Shown here: piece after piece, positions 13,769-26,020 of the stretch | Position numbering within the stretch: position 1 is the first letter of the stretch | Layout: each line of letters starts with the position of its first letter | Origin: Macrostomum lignano | Taxonomy: Eukaryota | Length of the DNA stretch: 64,000 nt | Reading direction: 5' to 3' | Assembly (NCBI GenBank): GCA_002269645.1 | Contig: NIVC01001379.1 | Coordinates: 1 to 64,000, forward strand | Notes under the pieces: model-generated | The model's input: only the letters and a program-made list of their open reading frames with translations | Told to the model about the DNA's origin: nothing | Databases searched by the model: none | Position numbers and translations under genes: made by a program

Positions 13769-16700
13769 CGAGCTAGTAGAGAGCTAGTGGAAAGCTAGTG
13801 GAGAGCTGGTGGAGAGCTAATGGAAAGCTAGTGGAGAGCTAGTGGAGAGCTAGTGGAAAGCTAGTGGAGAGCTAGTGGAGAGCTAGTGGAGAGCTAGTGG
13901 AGAGCTGGTGGAGAGCTAGTGGAGAGCTAGTGGAGAGCTAATGGAGAGCTAATGGAGAGCTAGTGGAGAGCTAGTGGAGAGCTGGTGGAGAGCTAATGGA
14001 GAGCTAGTGGAGAGCTAGTGGAGAGCTAGTGGAGAGCTGGTGGAGAGCTAATGGAGAGCTAGTAGAGAGCTAATGGAGAGCTAGTGGAGAGCTAGTGGAG
14101 AGCTAGTGGAGAGCTAATGGAGAGCTGGTGGAGAGCTAGTGGAGAGCTGGTGGAGAGCTAGTGCAGAGCTAGTGCAGAGCTAATGGAGAGCTAATAGAGA
14201 GCTAGTGGAGAGCTAGTGGAGAGCTGGTGGAGAGCTAATGGAGAGCTAGTGGAGAGCTAATGGAGAGCTAGTGGAGAGCTAGTGGAGAGCTAATGGAGAG
14301 CTAGTAGAGAGCTAATGGAGAGCTAGTGGAGAGCTAGTGGAGAGCTAGTGGAGAGCTAATGGAGAGCTGGTGGAGAGCTAGTGGAGAGCTGGTGGAGAGC
14401 TAGTGCAGAGCTAGTGCAGAGCTAATGGAGAGCTAGTAGAGAGCTAGTGGAGAGCTAGTGGAGAGCTAGTGGAGAGCTAGTGGAGAGCTAATGGAGAGCT
14501 AGTAAAGAGCTAATGGAGAGCTAGTAGAGAGCTAATGGAGAGCTGGTGGAGAGCTAATGGAGAGCTGGTGGAGAGCTAATGGAGAGCTAGTGGAGAGCTA
14601 GTGGAGAGCTAGTGGAGAGCTAGTGGAGAGCTAGTAGAGAGCTAGTGGAGAGCTAGTGGAGAGCTAGTGGAGAGCTAGTGGAGAGCTAGTAGAGAGCTAG
14701 TGGAGAGCTAGTGGAGAGCTAGTGGAGAGCTAGTGGAGAGCTAGTAGAGAGCTAGTGGAGAGCTAGTAGAGAGCTAGTGGAGAGCTAGTGGAGAGCTAGT
14801 GGAGAGCTAGTGGAGAGCTAGTAGAGAGCTAGTGGAGAGCTAGTGGAGAGCTAGTGGAGAGCTGGTGGAGAGCTAATGGAGAGCTAGTGGAGAGCTAATG
14901 GAGAGCTAGTGGAGAGCTGGTGGAGAGCTAATGGAGAGCTAGTAGAGAGCTAATGGAGAGCTAGTGGAGAGCTAGTGGAGAGCTAGTGGAGAGCTAATGG
15001 AGAGCTGGTGGAGAGCTAGTGGAGAGCTGGTGGAGAGCTAGTGCAGAGCTAGTGCAGAGCTAATGGAGAGCTAGTAGAGAGCTAGTGGAGAGCTAGTGGA
15101 GAGCTAGTGGAGAGCTAGTGGAGAGCTAATGGAGAGCTAGTGGAGAGCTAATGGAGAGCTAGTAGAGAGCTAATGGAGAGCTAGTAGAGAGCTAATGGAG
15201 AGCTAGTAGAGAGCTAATGGAGAGCTAGTAGAGAGCTAATGGAGAGCTGGTGGAGAGCTAATGGAGAGCTGGTGGAGAGCTAATGGAGAGCTAGTGGAGA
15301 GCTAGTGGAGAGCTAGTGGAGAGCTAGTGAAGAGCTAGTGGAGAGCTAGTGGAGAGCTAGTGGAGAGCTAGTGGAGAGCTAGTGGAGAGCTAGTGGAGAG
15401 CTAGTGGAGAGCTAGTGGAGAGCTAGTGGAGAGCTAGTGGAGAGCTAGTGGAGAGCTAGTGGAGAGCTAGTGGAGAGCTAGTGGAGAGCTAGTGGAGAGC
15501 TAGTGGAGAGCTAGTGGAGAGCTAGTGGAGAGCTAGTAGAGAGCTAGTGGAGAGCTAGTGCAGAGCTAGTGGAGAGCTAGTGGAGAGCTAGTGGAGAGCT
15601 AGTGCAGAGCTAGTGGAGAGCTAGTGGAGAGCTAGTGGAGAGCTAGTGCAGAGCTAGTGGAGAGCTAGTGGAGAGCTAGTGGAGAGCTAGTAGAGAGCTA
15701 GTAGAGAGCTAGTGGAGAGCTAGTAGAGAGCTAGTGGAGAGCTAGTAGAGAGCTAGTGGAGAGCTAGTAGAGAGCTAGTAGAGAGCTAGTGGAGAGCTAG
15801 TAGAGAGCTAGTGGAGAGCTAGTGGAGAGCTAGTGGAGAGCTAGTGCAGAGCTAGTGGAGAGCTAGTGGAGAGCTAGTGGAGAGCTAGTAGAGAGCTAGT
15901 AGAGAGCTAGTGGAGAGCTAGTGGAGAGCTAGTGGAGAGCTAGTGGAGAGCTAGTGCAGAGCTAGTGGAGAGCTAGTGGAGAGCTAGTAGAGAGCTAGTG
16001 GAGAGCTAGTAGAGAGCTAGTGGAGAGCTAGTAGAGAGCTAGTAGAGGGCTAGTGGAGAGCTAGTAGAGAGCTAGTGGAGAGCTAGTGGAGAGCTAGTGG
16101 AGAGCTAGTGGAGAGCTAGTGGAGAGCTAGTAGAGAGCTAGTAGAGAGCTAGTGGAGAGCTAATGGAGAGCTAGTAGAGAGCTAGTAGAGAGCTAGTGGA
16201 GAGCTAATGGAGAGCTAGTTGAGAGCTAGTGGAGAGCTAATGGAGAGCTAGTAGAGAGCTAGTGGAGAGCTAGTGGAGAGCTAGTGGAGAGCTAGTGGAG
16301 AGCTAGTAGAGAGCTAGTGGAGAGCTAGTGGAGAGCTAGTGGAGAGCTAGTGGAGAGCTAGTAGAGAGCTAATGGAGAGCTAGTGGAGAGCTAGTAGAGA
16401 GCTAGTAGAGAGCTAGTGGAGAGCTAGTAGAGAGCTAGTGGAGAGCTAGTGGAGAGCTAGTGGAGAGCTAGTGGAGAGCTAGTGGAGAGCTAATGGAGAG
16501 CTAGTAGAGAGCTAGTGGAGAGCTAGTGGAGAGCTAGTGGAGAGCTAGTGGAGAGCTAGTGGAGAGCTAGTGGAGAGCTAGTGGAGAGCTAGTGGAGAGC
16601 TAGTGGAGAGCTAGTGGAGAGCTAGTAGAGAGCTAGTGGAGAGCTAGTGGAGAGCTAGTGGAGAGCTAGTGGAGAGCTAGTGGAGAGCTAGTGGAGAGCT

Positions 16701-17837
16701 AGTGGAGAGCTAGTGGAGAGCTAGTGGAGAGCTAGTGGAGAGCTAGTGGAGAGCTAGTAGAGAGCTAGTGGAGAGCTAGTGGAGAGCTAGTGGAGAGCTA
16801 GTAGAGAGCTAGTGGAGAGCTAGTGGAGAGCTAGTGGAGAGCTAGTGGAGAGCTAGTAGAGAGCTAGTGGAGAGCTAGTGGAGAGCTAGTAGAGAGCTAG
16901 TGGAGAGCTAGTGGAGAGCTAGTGGAGAGCTAGTGGAGAGCTAGTGGAGAGCTAGTGGAGAGCTAGTGGAGAGCTAGTGGAGAGCTAGTAGAGAGCTAGT
17001 GGAGAGCTAGTGGAGAGCTAGTGGAGAGCTAGTGGAGAGCTAGTGGAGAGCTAGTGGAGAGCTGGTGGAGAGCTAGTGGAGAGCTGGTGGAGAGCTAGTG
17101 GAGAGCTAGTGGAGAGCTAGTGGAGAGCTAGTGGAGAGCTAGTGGAGAGCTAGTGGAGAGCTAGTAGAGAGCTAGTAGAGAGCTAGTGGAGAGCTAGTGG
17201 AGAGCTAGTGGAGAGCTAGTGGAGAGCTAGTAGAGAGCTAGTGGAGAGCTAGTGGAGAGCTAGTGGAGAGCTAGTGGAGAGCTAGTGGAGAGCTAGTAGA
17301 GAGCTAGTGGAGAGCTAGTGGAGAGCTAGTGGAGAGCTAGTGGAGAGCTAGTGGAGAGCTAGTAGAGAGCTAGTGGAGAGCTGGTGGAGAGCTAGTGGAG
17401 AGCTAGTGGAGAGCTAGTGGAGAGCTAGTGGAGAGCTAGTGGAGAGCTAGTGGAGAGCTAGTGGAGAGCTAGTGGAGAGCTAGTGGAGAGCTAGTAGAGA
17501 GCTAGTGGAGAGCTAGTGGAGAGCTAGTGGAGAGCTAGTGGAGAGCTAGTGGAGAGCTAGTAGAGAGCTAGTGGAGAGCTGGTGGAGAGCTAGTGGAGAG
17601 CTAGTGGAGAGCTAGTGGAGAGCTAGTGGAGAGCTAGTGGAGAGCTAGTGGAGAGCTAGTGGAGAGCTAGTGGAGAGCTAGTAGAGAGCTAGTGGAGAGC
17701 TAGTGGAGAGCTAGTGGAGAGCTAGTGGAGAGCTAGTGGAGAGCTAGTAGAGAGCTAGTGGAGAGCTAGTAGAGAGCTAGTGGAGAGCTAGTAGAGAGCT
17801 AGTGGAGAGCTAGTGGAGAGCTGGTGGAGAGCTAGTG
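13769..17837. repeat. 11-bp satellite (GAGCTAGTGGA)n, ~4 kb, just downstream of the receptor stop codon
   Basis: Direct reading. Confidence 0.98.
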
Positions 17838-18504
17838 GATTGCTCAACTCATTGGAACACAAAAATCATTAATAAAAATTTTAATCAGTCTTCCAAGTCA
17901 TTCGTTGCATTCGTTCTCAATACTCGTAAAACACTATTATCGTATTTATTTAAGGTATGTACTCTTTTTGCTCACTATCCTACTGCTTATCTAGGCTTAA
18001 GTAGTGCTTCCAGCGTTTTTACAGAAATCTTCGCATTCAATGCCAAAACCTTGTCGCGAATTAAATTCAATTCCGTCCATTTTCTATGAAAATGTCGCCA
18101 CTTTGACTTGCAGCTGAGTTTGTCAACGAGTTTTGCCAAGTTATATTACATCTATATACATACTACCGATATTTTACATATATTTCTACCCTTGCATTTT
18201 CAATTTTTTATCACTGAAACCAATCTCAACATGTTAATAGACGAATCTTTTTATTTTAAATTTGTGCCACGTTTTTATATTTGTTTTATCGCCACTATTG
18301 CAGCCGTTTACAGAGAAAAATACACACATTTTTGCGGATCATTCAATACTTCGAATTGTTGCCATATTCAGTAATTGAGAGTGCCGTGTCCAACTATTTC
18401 TAAAACTGCCTTAACAGAAAATAATTTACTTGTACATAAAATGAAATGCAAGCTCTGTTGAAACTCTACCACTGTCTGTGTGCCCATCTTAAGCCTTGCT
18501 ATTC

Positions 18505-19120
18505 ACTCTTCCGCCCCGTATCCCGCTCTTCCGCCCCTATCCTCCTCTTCCGCCCCCTATTCTACTCTTTCGCCGTCCTATCTCGCTCTTCCGCCCCCCA
18601 TGCCACTCTTCCGCCCCCATCCCACTCCTCCGCCCCCTATGCCACTCTTCCATCCCCATCCCACTCCTCCGCCCCCTATGCCACTCTTCCGCCCTCCTTT
18701 ACCACTCTTCCACCCCTATGCCACTCTTCCGCCCCCATCCCACTCCTCCGCCCCTATGCCACTCTTCCGCCCCCATCCCACTCCTCCGCCCCTATGCCAC
18801 TCTTCCGCCCCCATCCCACTCCTCCGCCCCCCATGCCACTCTTCCATCCCCATCCCACTCCTCCGCCCCCTATGCCACTCTTCCGCCCTCCTTTACCACT
18901 CTTCCACCCCTATGCCACTCTTCCGCCCCCATCCCACTCCTCCGCCCCTATGCCACTCTTCCGCCCCCATCCCACTCCTCCGCCCCTATGCCACTCTTCC
19001 GCCCCCATCCCACTCCTCCGCCCCCCATGCCACTCTTCCATCCCCATCCCACTCCTCCGCCCCCTATGCCACTCTTCCGCCCCCATCCCACTCTTCCGCC
19101 CTGCTTTACCACTCTTCTGC
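18505..19120. repeat. C-rich ~19/38-bp minisatellite (CCGCCCCTATGCCACTCTT / CCGCCCCCATCCCACTCCT)
   Basis: Direct reading. Confidence 0.93.
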
Positions 19121-19502
19121 CATTCTGTTCCACGACTCACATTCAGTGTTCCATAGTCCCAAAGAGGCTGCCAAATTCTTCTCAGCTGAAATGCTCATAA
19201 ACAGTATTTAACATCCGCTGCACACGCATTAACAATGCAAGCAAAGCTGCATATTCAACGCTTGGCTTCAAGCGTAGCATCAAGAGTTTTATTTTTTAGC
19301 CGGGATTGCAATGTGATTCTCGTATGACCTCACTGGCTGCAGCGCCACAGCTGCTCTCATGCGATTTCCATGAGAATTTCCCCAGTTGGGAAACCCGGTT
19401 AAACTATAATTGTTGGGAATTCGAATGAGGAAATTATTCTATTCTTTTTCTGGCGGAGCCTTTGGGAAAATGCGACCGGACTGTCAAAGAGCATGATGAG
19501 AC

Positions 19503-19552
19503 CATGATTGCAGTGCGGAGTAGTTAGATAGATATATAGATAGATAGATAGG

Positions 19553-19591
<39 letters not shown>

Positions 19592-19596
19592 ATAGG

Positions 19597-19664
<68 letters not shown>

Positions 19665-19670
19665 CAGATA
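19503..19670. repeat. (GATA)n microsatellite
   Basis: Direct reading. Confidence 0.97.
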
Positions 19671-20050
19671 TAGCACAGATATACGGATACAGATTTCAAT
19701 GAGCCCAGTGAATTGCATTCTGGGAAACTGTCAACCCAGCAGCTATGCTGGTACGATTTTAATATTGCAATTGCAATTATTCTCGAGAGTAACAGGCGGA
19801 GCTGAGGACACAGAGCTAACTAAACTGGCCATGGGGAGGAAAGTGAGACTGGGAACACTGCATCTCTGCGCCGTTTTCCCATGCACCAATGGCACCCGGC
19901 TCTCCCCGCCCTGCCGTGTTGCCAACAAAGAGTAAAACGCATGCAAGCCTGCTTGAGCCGTCTACTGTGATACTGCAATACCAAACTACCGACCTACCAA
20001 ACTACCAAACTACCAAACTATCAATCTACCACCCTAACCTACCCTTCGGC

Positions 20051-20457
20051 ATGCCGTTGGCATCGCAGGCCCGCGCAATCTGGTCCGCCATGGTCCGCCG
20101 CAAGGTGATGGACCGGGACCTGATGGCCACCCCGCTGCAGCGCTGCCTGACCACCTTGGACCTGGTGCTGCTGGCATCGGCAACATGTGCGGCGCTGGAA
20201 TCTACGTCCTCACCGGCACTGTGGTGCGGCACAAGGCCGGCCCGGCCACCTTCCTGTCCTACCTGATCGCTGGTGTCACCGCCTTCCTCAACGGGCTGTG
20301 CTACGCTGAGCTGGGCGCCCGGGTGCCCAAGGCTGGCAGCGCCTACAGCTACACCTACATTGCTGCCGGGGAGTTCCTAGGTGAGTTGGTTAGTTCATTA
20401 GTAAGTTAGTCTGTTAGTTAGTTAGTTATTTAGTTAGTTAGTTAGTTAGTTAGTTAT

Positions 20458-20537
<80 letters not shown>

Positions 20538-20555
20538 CTAGTTAGTTAGTTAGTC

Positions 20556-20618
<63 letters not shown>

Positions 20619-23600
20619 AGTTTGTACAGTAATGTCGGACAACTTTAGGCTAAATTTATTCAGCCTCTTTAGGTCTGTTTACAGGAGAGACCGGCTATGT
20701 CAAAATATACATGTACAAGTTGTAAAGTTGTGGATTCGAACCTGCGTCCTACCGCACTCTCTGTCTCTCTCTGCTGCCAGGCTTCGTGATCGGCTGGAGC
20801 ATCATTCTCGAGTACGTGCTGTCCGCGGCCAGCATCGCCCGTGGCTTCAGCGGCACGGTGAACGCCCTGTCAGGCGGCCGGTTGGCCAACTGGAGCGTCG
20901 AGCACGTCGGCACCTTCTACACCCCGCAGCCCAACACCACGGCCGGGGACTACATGATCTCACACTACCCGGATCTGCTCTCCTTCGGCGCCGTGCTCCT
21001 CGTCGGCCTCCTGCTGTGCCTTGGCGCCAGCACGTCGAAGCATTTCAACACGCTGACCACTTCCATCAACCTGGTCGTGCTGGCCTTCACCACCTGCGTG
21101 TTGCTGCACTTTGCGCAGCTCAGCAACTGGACAGGCGAGTCATTTCTGCCCTTCCAGTTCACCGGCGTGCTGTCGGGCGCCGCCACCTGCTTCTACGCCT
21201 TCATCGGCTTCGACGCCATCAGCGTCTCCACCGAGGAGGCCCTGACGCCGCAGAAGTCGCTGCCGATTGCCACAGGCTTGTCGGTGACAGTGGTGACCGT
21301 CTTGGTGGTGCTGGCCAGCGCCGCCATCACGCTGTTCGAGCCCTGGCATCAGATTGACACCCAGGCGGCCTTCACAGCCGCTTTGGGGGCCCGCCATCTG
21401 CACTGGGCACAGATTATTACAGGTAGAACTGCTCAGTGAGATTACAGATTACAGATTAGTATAGGAAAAACTGCTCATTAGGATTACAGATGATTACAGG
21501 TAGAACTGCTCATTGGGATTACAGATGATTACAGGTAGAGCTGCTCATTGGGATTACAGATGATACAGGTACAACTGCTCATTGGGATTACAGATGATTA
21601 CAGGTAGAACTGCTCAATGAAATCCCTCCGCTACCTCAGGCGTGGGCTCCATCGCGGGCATTGTGGCCTCACTGTACTGCAACAACTACGCCATGCCCCG
21701 CGTCATCTACGCCATGGCCTCGGACGGCTTGATCTTCCGTCAGCTGGCCTACGTGTGGCCTCGAACCCGGGCCCCAGTCGTCGCCATCGCTTCGGCGAGC
21801 CTCCTGGCTGCCGTGTTGGCTCTGATTCTTGACATCGAAGCTCTGGCCGACTTCCTGTCCATTGGCACTTTGGTGGCTTATACCATCGTCTCCTGCAATG
21901 TTGTGGTGCTGCGCTACTGGCGACCAACCACTGTCGACGGCCCGTCGATGCAGGACGGCACGACAGCCGACGTGACGTCGGATGGAGATGATTCGGTCGG
22001 AGCGTTGAAGCCTCGCTTCGCCTCGTTTCCCGTGCTGAAGTCGCTGGCGCCGGGCCAGGGGCCGCTGCTAGGATTAGCGGTGAGGCGCTGGGGTCTCGGG
22101 TACTGATTTGCAGTAGAGAGAGAGAGCTGAGTTAGGTCAGGTTAGGTCAGGTCAGGTCAGGTCAGGTTAGGTCAGGTTAGGTTAAGTTAGGTTAGGTCAG
22201 GTCAGGTCAGGTCAGGTCAGGTCAGGTCAGGTCAGGTCAGGTCAGGTCAGGTCAGGTCAGGTCAGGTCAGGTCAGGTTAGGTCAGGTCAGGTCAGGTCAG
22301 GTTAGGTCAGGTGAGGTCAGGTCAGGTCAGGTTAGGTCAGGTCAGGTTAGGTTAGGTCAGGTCAGGTCAGGTCAGGTCAGGTCAGGTCAGGTCAGGTCAG
22401 GTCAGGTCAGGTCAGGTCAGGTCAGGTCAGGTCAGGTCAGGTCAGGTCAGGTCAGGTCAGGTCAGGTCAGGTCAGGTCGGGTGAGGTCGGGTTAGGTCAG
22501 GTCAGTTCAGGTCAGGTTAGGTCAGGTCAGGTCAGGTCAGGTCAGGTCAGGTCAGGTCAGGTGAGCAGGTGAACCCAAAAAGCCAGCTGATGCTCCGCTG
22601 TCTGCCCAGGTGCTGGTGACCGGCGTGATCTCCGCTTGCCTTGTTGCCAACCTCGCAACGGATCAGCTGATCGAAGCCAACTGGTGGCGGTGTTGCTGCA
22701 GCTGCTGTTCACTCTGCAGGCCGCCGCGGGCTGCCTGGTGATCATGGCGCATCAGCAGGACCCACTGATTGACACCTTCCGGGCGCCTGGGGTTCCCGTG
22801 CTGCCCTGCGTGGTGATCGCGCTGAACGTGACGCTCATCATGAAACTGCAGGTGCAAATGGCTAACATCGGTCGCGTTTAGCAGATTGGAGTGACTCTGC
22901 TGCAGCCTATTCTATTCCATTCCTATTCACCCTCTCTAAACCCTCTTTTACACCCTCTTCTACACACTCTTCTACACTCTCTTCTACATTCTCTTCTACA
23001 CCCTCTTCTACACCCTCTTCTACACCCTTCTCTACACCCTCTTCTACACCCTCTTCTACACTCTCTTCTATCCCTCTTCTACATTCTCTTCTACACCCTC
23101 TTCTACACCCTCTTCTACACCCTTCTCTATACCCTCTTCTACACCCTCGTCTACACTCTCTTCTACACCCTCTTCTACAATCTCTTCTACACCCTCTTCT
23201 ACACTCTCTTCTACACCCTCTTCTACATTCTCTTCTACACCCTCTTCTACACCCTCTTCTACACCCTTCTCTATACCCTCTTCTACACCCTCGTCTACAC
23301 TCTCTTCTACACCCTCTTCTACAATCTCTTCTACACCCTCTTCTACACCCTCTTCTACACCCTCTTCTACACCCTCTTCTACACCCTCTTCTACACCCTC
23401 TTCTACACTCTCGTCTACACTCTCTTCTACACCCTCTTCTACAATCTCTTTCACACCTTCTTTTACACCCTCTTCTACACCCTCTTCTACACCCTCTTCT
23501 ACAGTCTCTTCTATACCCTCTTCTACACTCTCTTTCACACCTTCTTTTACACCCTTTTCTACACCCTCTTCTACACCCTCTTCTACAGTCTCTTCTACAC

Positions 23601-23886
23601 CCTCTTCTACACCCTCCGTCCCGGCTTCAACCGGTCTCTTCCTCGCCACCTGCAGGTGCTCACCTGGATTCGGTTCTTCGTCTGGCTGGCCGTCGGCCTC
23701 CTGGTGTACTTCGGCTACGGCATATCGCACAGCAGACAGAGCGTAGCCCTCGCCGCCACGGAAGCCACGCCGCTGACGGCGGACCTGAACTACAAGAAGC
23801 TGGTCGAGGCCGAGTCCGCCATGGGCGACTCCGTCAACGAGTCCAAAGCCAGCCTGACTGACGCCACGAATAATGAGCAGAAATGA
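20051..23886 (+). CDS. Cationic amino acid transporter (APC superfamily, SLC7A1-4/CAT family; CAT-4-like N-terminus)
   Basis: Exons 20051-20380, 20781-21422, 21640-22079, 22610-22851, 23656-23886 with consistent phases. Motifs: TPLQRCLTTLDLVLL[G]IGNMCGAGIYVLTG, LCYAELGARVPKAGSAYSYTY, FVIGWSIILEY, ATCFYAFIGFD, AMPRVIYAMASDGL, DFLSIGTLVAYTIV, FRAPGVPVLP, TWIRFFVWLAVGLLVYFGYGISHS. Two single-G deletions (~20173, ~22687) break the frame. Confidence 0.9.
20405..20618. repeat. (TTAG)n microsatellite, CAT intron 1
   Basis: Direct reading. Confidence 0.97.
21410..21616. repeat. ~35-bp repeat (GATTACAGATGATTACAGGTAGAACTGCTCATTGG) that includes the exon-2 donor site, CAT intron 2
   Basis: The true junction TTACAG|GTAGAACTGCTCA (21422/21423) recurs four more times in the intron. 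Confidence 0.9.
22130..22563. repeat. (GGTCA)n pentanucleotide microsatellite, CAT intron 3
   Basis: Direct reading. Confidence 0.97.
22935..23615. repeat. 12-bp minisatellite (ACACCCTCTTCT)n, CAT intron 4
   Basis: Direct reading; source of the LFYT and EEGV pseudo-ORFs. Confidence 0.96.
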
Positions 23887-25139
23887 TTATAGAAAATCAA
23901 CAAATGCATAATATTAGCAACTACTTGAAGTAGGACAATAAAGAAACGTACATTCTATTTTATCTTCGTATCAGAAATTCATACCTTGATAAAGTCAGCC
24001 AATATATTAGCTATCAGATTGTTGTTCGATTATACAAGACGTCATGCGTAAAGCGATCTCGGAATGCATTTTGGTTAATTCGAAGGCTGTAGGATGGCGC
24101 CCACAGTTCCTAGAATAACTAGATGGGCCACTCAGAAAATTTGCGTGTAAGCTACTTTCAGTTCAGTAGTAAGTTAAACTGAAGCATTTTAATGTATTTT
24201 TAAAGCAAGGCTTTTTATTGGCTCTGACCCCCCCCGCTTAAACCCTCCACAACTGCGCCTTCCACACTACCCCTTTCGCCCCAATTATTATTGCCTTCCT
24301 CGGAATTCCAGCCTAAAGCTGCCATGTACATTTCAGTGGACAGGCTAATGTACATTATGGCTGAACCAATTATCAAGTCGTTTATGCAAGCTTGGGCTTC
24401 TAAACTTATCAAAGTCATCTCAGCTGCCTGTATTTTATAAAATAGCTTATGTATTCTTCTTTGCTACTGAAGGCAGAAAGCTGTTTTCCTAAGTATATAT
24501 GCCTGAGTGGCAGCTATCTAGTCATTCTAGTATCTGTGTGGGATGCTAGTTCGTTCGTATTTGATGTGACTGGTCGCGTAGATTAAGTCGACAGGAAATG
24601 GTTTACGAAGGATAATTCGAGCTGGTTGCTGGCAATCGGTTGATTCAGTCAGCAAAACCGGTAGAACAAAGCGCTTTGAATCAGCAACCGGGTTACTGGA
24701 AAATAAGAGACAGATAGAAAAGTGAAACAGGCAGATAGGAAGGTAAAAGAGACAGATAGAAAAGTGAAACAGGCAGATAGGAAGGTAAAAGGTTCAAACA
24801 ATGTCAAACAATGTAAAGCAGCTGCAGGCATTGATATCAGAGCAGCCTATTACTGAGTGGCGAGTTTGATCACTGAAGTTCGCTGACCTTTTGACCTCGA
24901 TTCACCCACTAAAAGCCCAGCCCTTCGGCTCTGAGAAAACAAGGTGTTGCTGGGAATTTCCGATCTCTGCTACCTCCGGATGGCTGGTATTTCGTGAATC
25001 CCGATGTGAGCCAGAGGACCAAACGTCTTCCATGACGAGCAGCCTGGCAGGTAGTTGACCGTTGACTTGAGAATTGTCTGCAATGGAAAACAGGGGAGAT
25101 TTCAAAATTTCTAGGGCAACAACAACAGCTCATAAAGGG

Positions 25140-25430
25140 TCACGTACATGTAGCCCCGGTGCCAGGGGCCCTGCATCGTGAGCAGCAGAACGTCCTGTGC
25201 AGAGGTTGAGGACAGTCCAGTTGAAGTCTTCGCCTGCGGAGGGTATCGCTAGGTGGTCGCAGCCCTGCGCGCTGGTAGAGGGCTGCGTTGGAGCCTGCAT
25301 CAGGGTAGCTGATGGTGAAGGCGCCCGCAATGTTTCTATATTCCCTTCTACGGACAACTTCGGAGTATTCACCCGAGTGCATCAGACCGTTCTCCGTTCT
25401 TAGTGAACCCTCCGTCACCCGGACCCGCAC
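25140..25430 (-). mobile_element. Decayed non-LTR retrotransposon fragment (RTE-clade-like, region C-terminal to RT)
   Basis: Translation ISYPDAGSNAALYQRAGLRPPSDTLRRRRLQL resembles the (I-x-W-x-D-x-I)SN-x-x-LY-x-R...RRL segment following RT in RTE-like LINEs; short and degenerate. Confidence 0.5.
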
Positions 25431-25733
25431 GGGTCAGCTGCAAATAAAAGGATTGCTCCAAAAATTATTAGACAAAGTCTACGTTTTCAATTACTTACTT
25501 CAGTTCTTGTCCCGAGTAGAGAGTTTGTTATTGAGTCCGAAGTTGCATCAATGCCTATTCATTCATTGAACGAACTCTGTTGCCTGACCTCTGTAGAGCT
25601 TGACCGATTAAAGGGTCAGAATGAAGGCCCGGAGTTGCGTTGAATCGGTTGTTTAACGTCCGGCCCTTCGACGTGACTGAGCGGTAGCAGCCTCGATCCA
25701 CGATGTTGTATGCATTTTTTCGATTTTTTTTCG

Positions 25734-26020
25734 ATTACACCTGCTCTAATGAGCAGATGTGCAACCGATAGCTCAGCCGCAGCTATTGCGCGGCGCATTT
25801 GAAAGCTGCGTACGTCTGTTCAGTCCAAGGACTGGGGGGTCGCCACACACAGCCTCAATTACCCCAGCTAATGCTGGCACCCATTTTACAGCTGGGTGAA
25901 CTGAAGCAATGCAGAGTTAAGTGTCCTGCTCAAGGACACAATTTTTTCCAAGTGGGTCGAGAATCGAACCCCCGACCTTTCAGTTGTGAGTCCGACGCTC
26001 TGACCACTAGGCTACACCCC
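25734..26020 (-). mobile_element. tRNA-derived CORE-type SINE, most complete copy
   Basis: Minus strand reads A box TAGCCTAGTGG, B box GGTTCGATTC, then CCTTGAGCAGGACACTTAACTCTGCATTGCTTCAGTTCACCCAGCTGTAAAATGGG, similar to the MIR/CORE domain. Related copies at 33311 and 44114. Confidence 0.8.

Noticed and set aside
20405-20618. Telomere-like repeat
   Set aside because: (TTAG)n is not TTAGGG or TTAGG and sits inside a CAT intron.
22891-23655. LFYT-repeat 'membrane protein' and EEGV-repeat acidic protein
   Set aside because: 12-bp intronic repeat; only 23656-23886 is real CAT coding sequence.
25948-26020. tRNA gene (Val-CAC-like)
   Set aside because: Acceptor and anticodon stems pair poorly and the sequence continues into a CORE domain repeated elsewhere; it is a SINE head.
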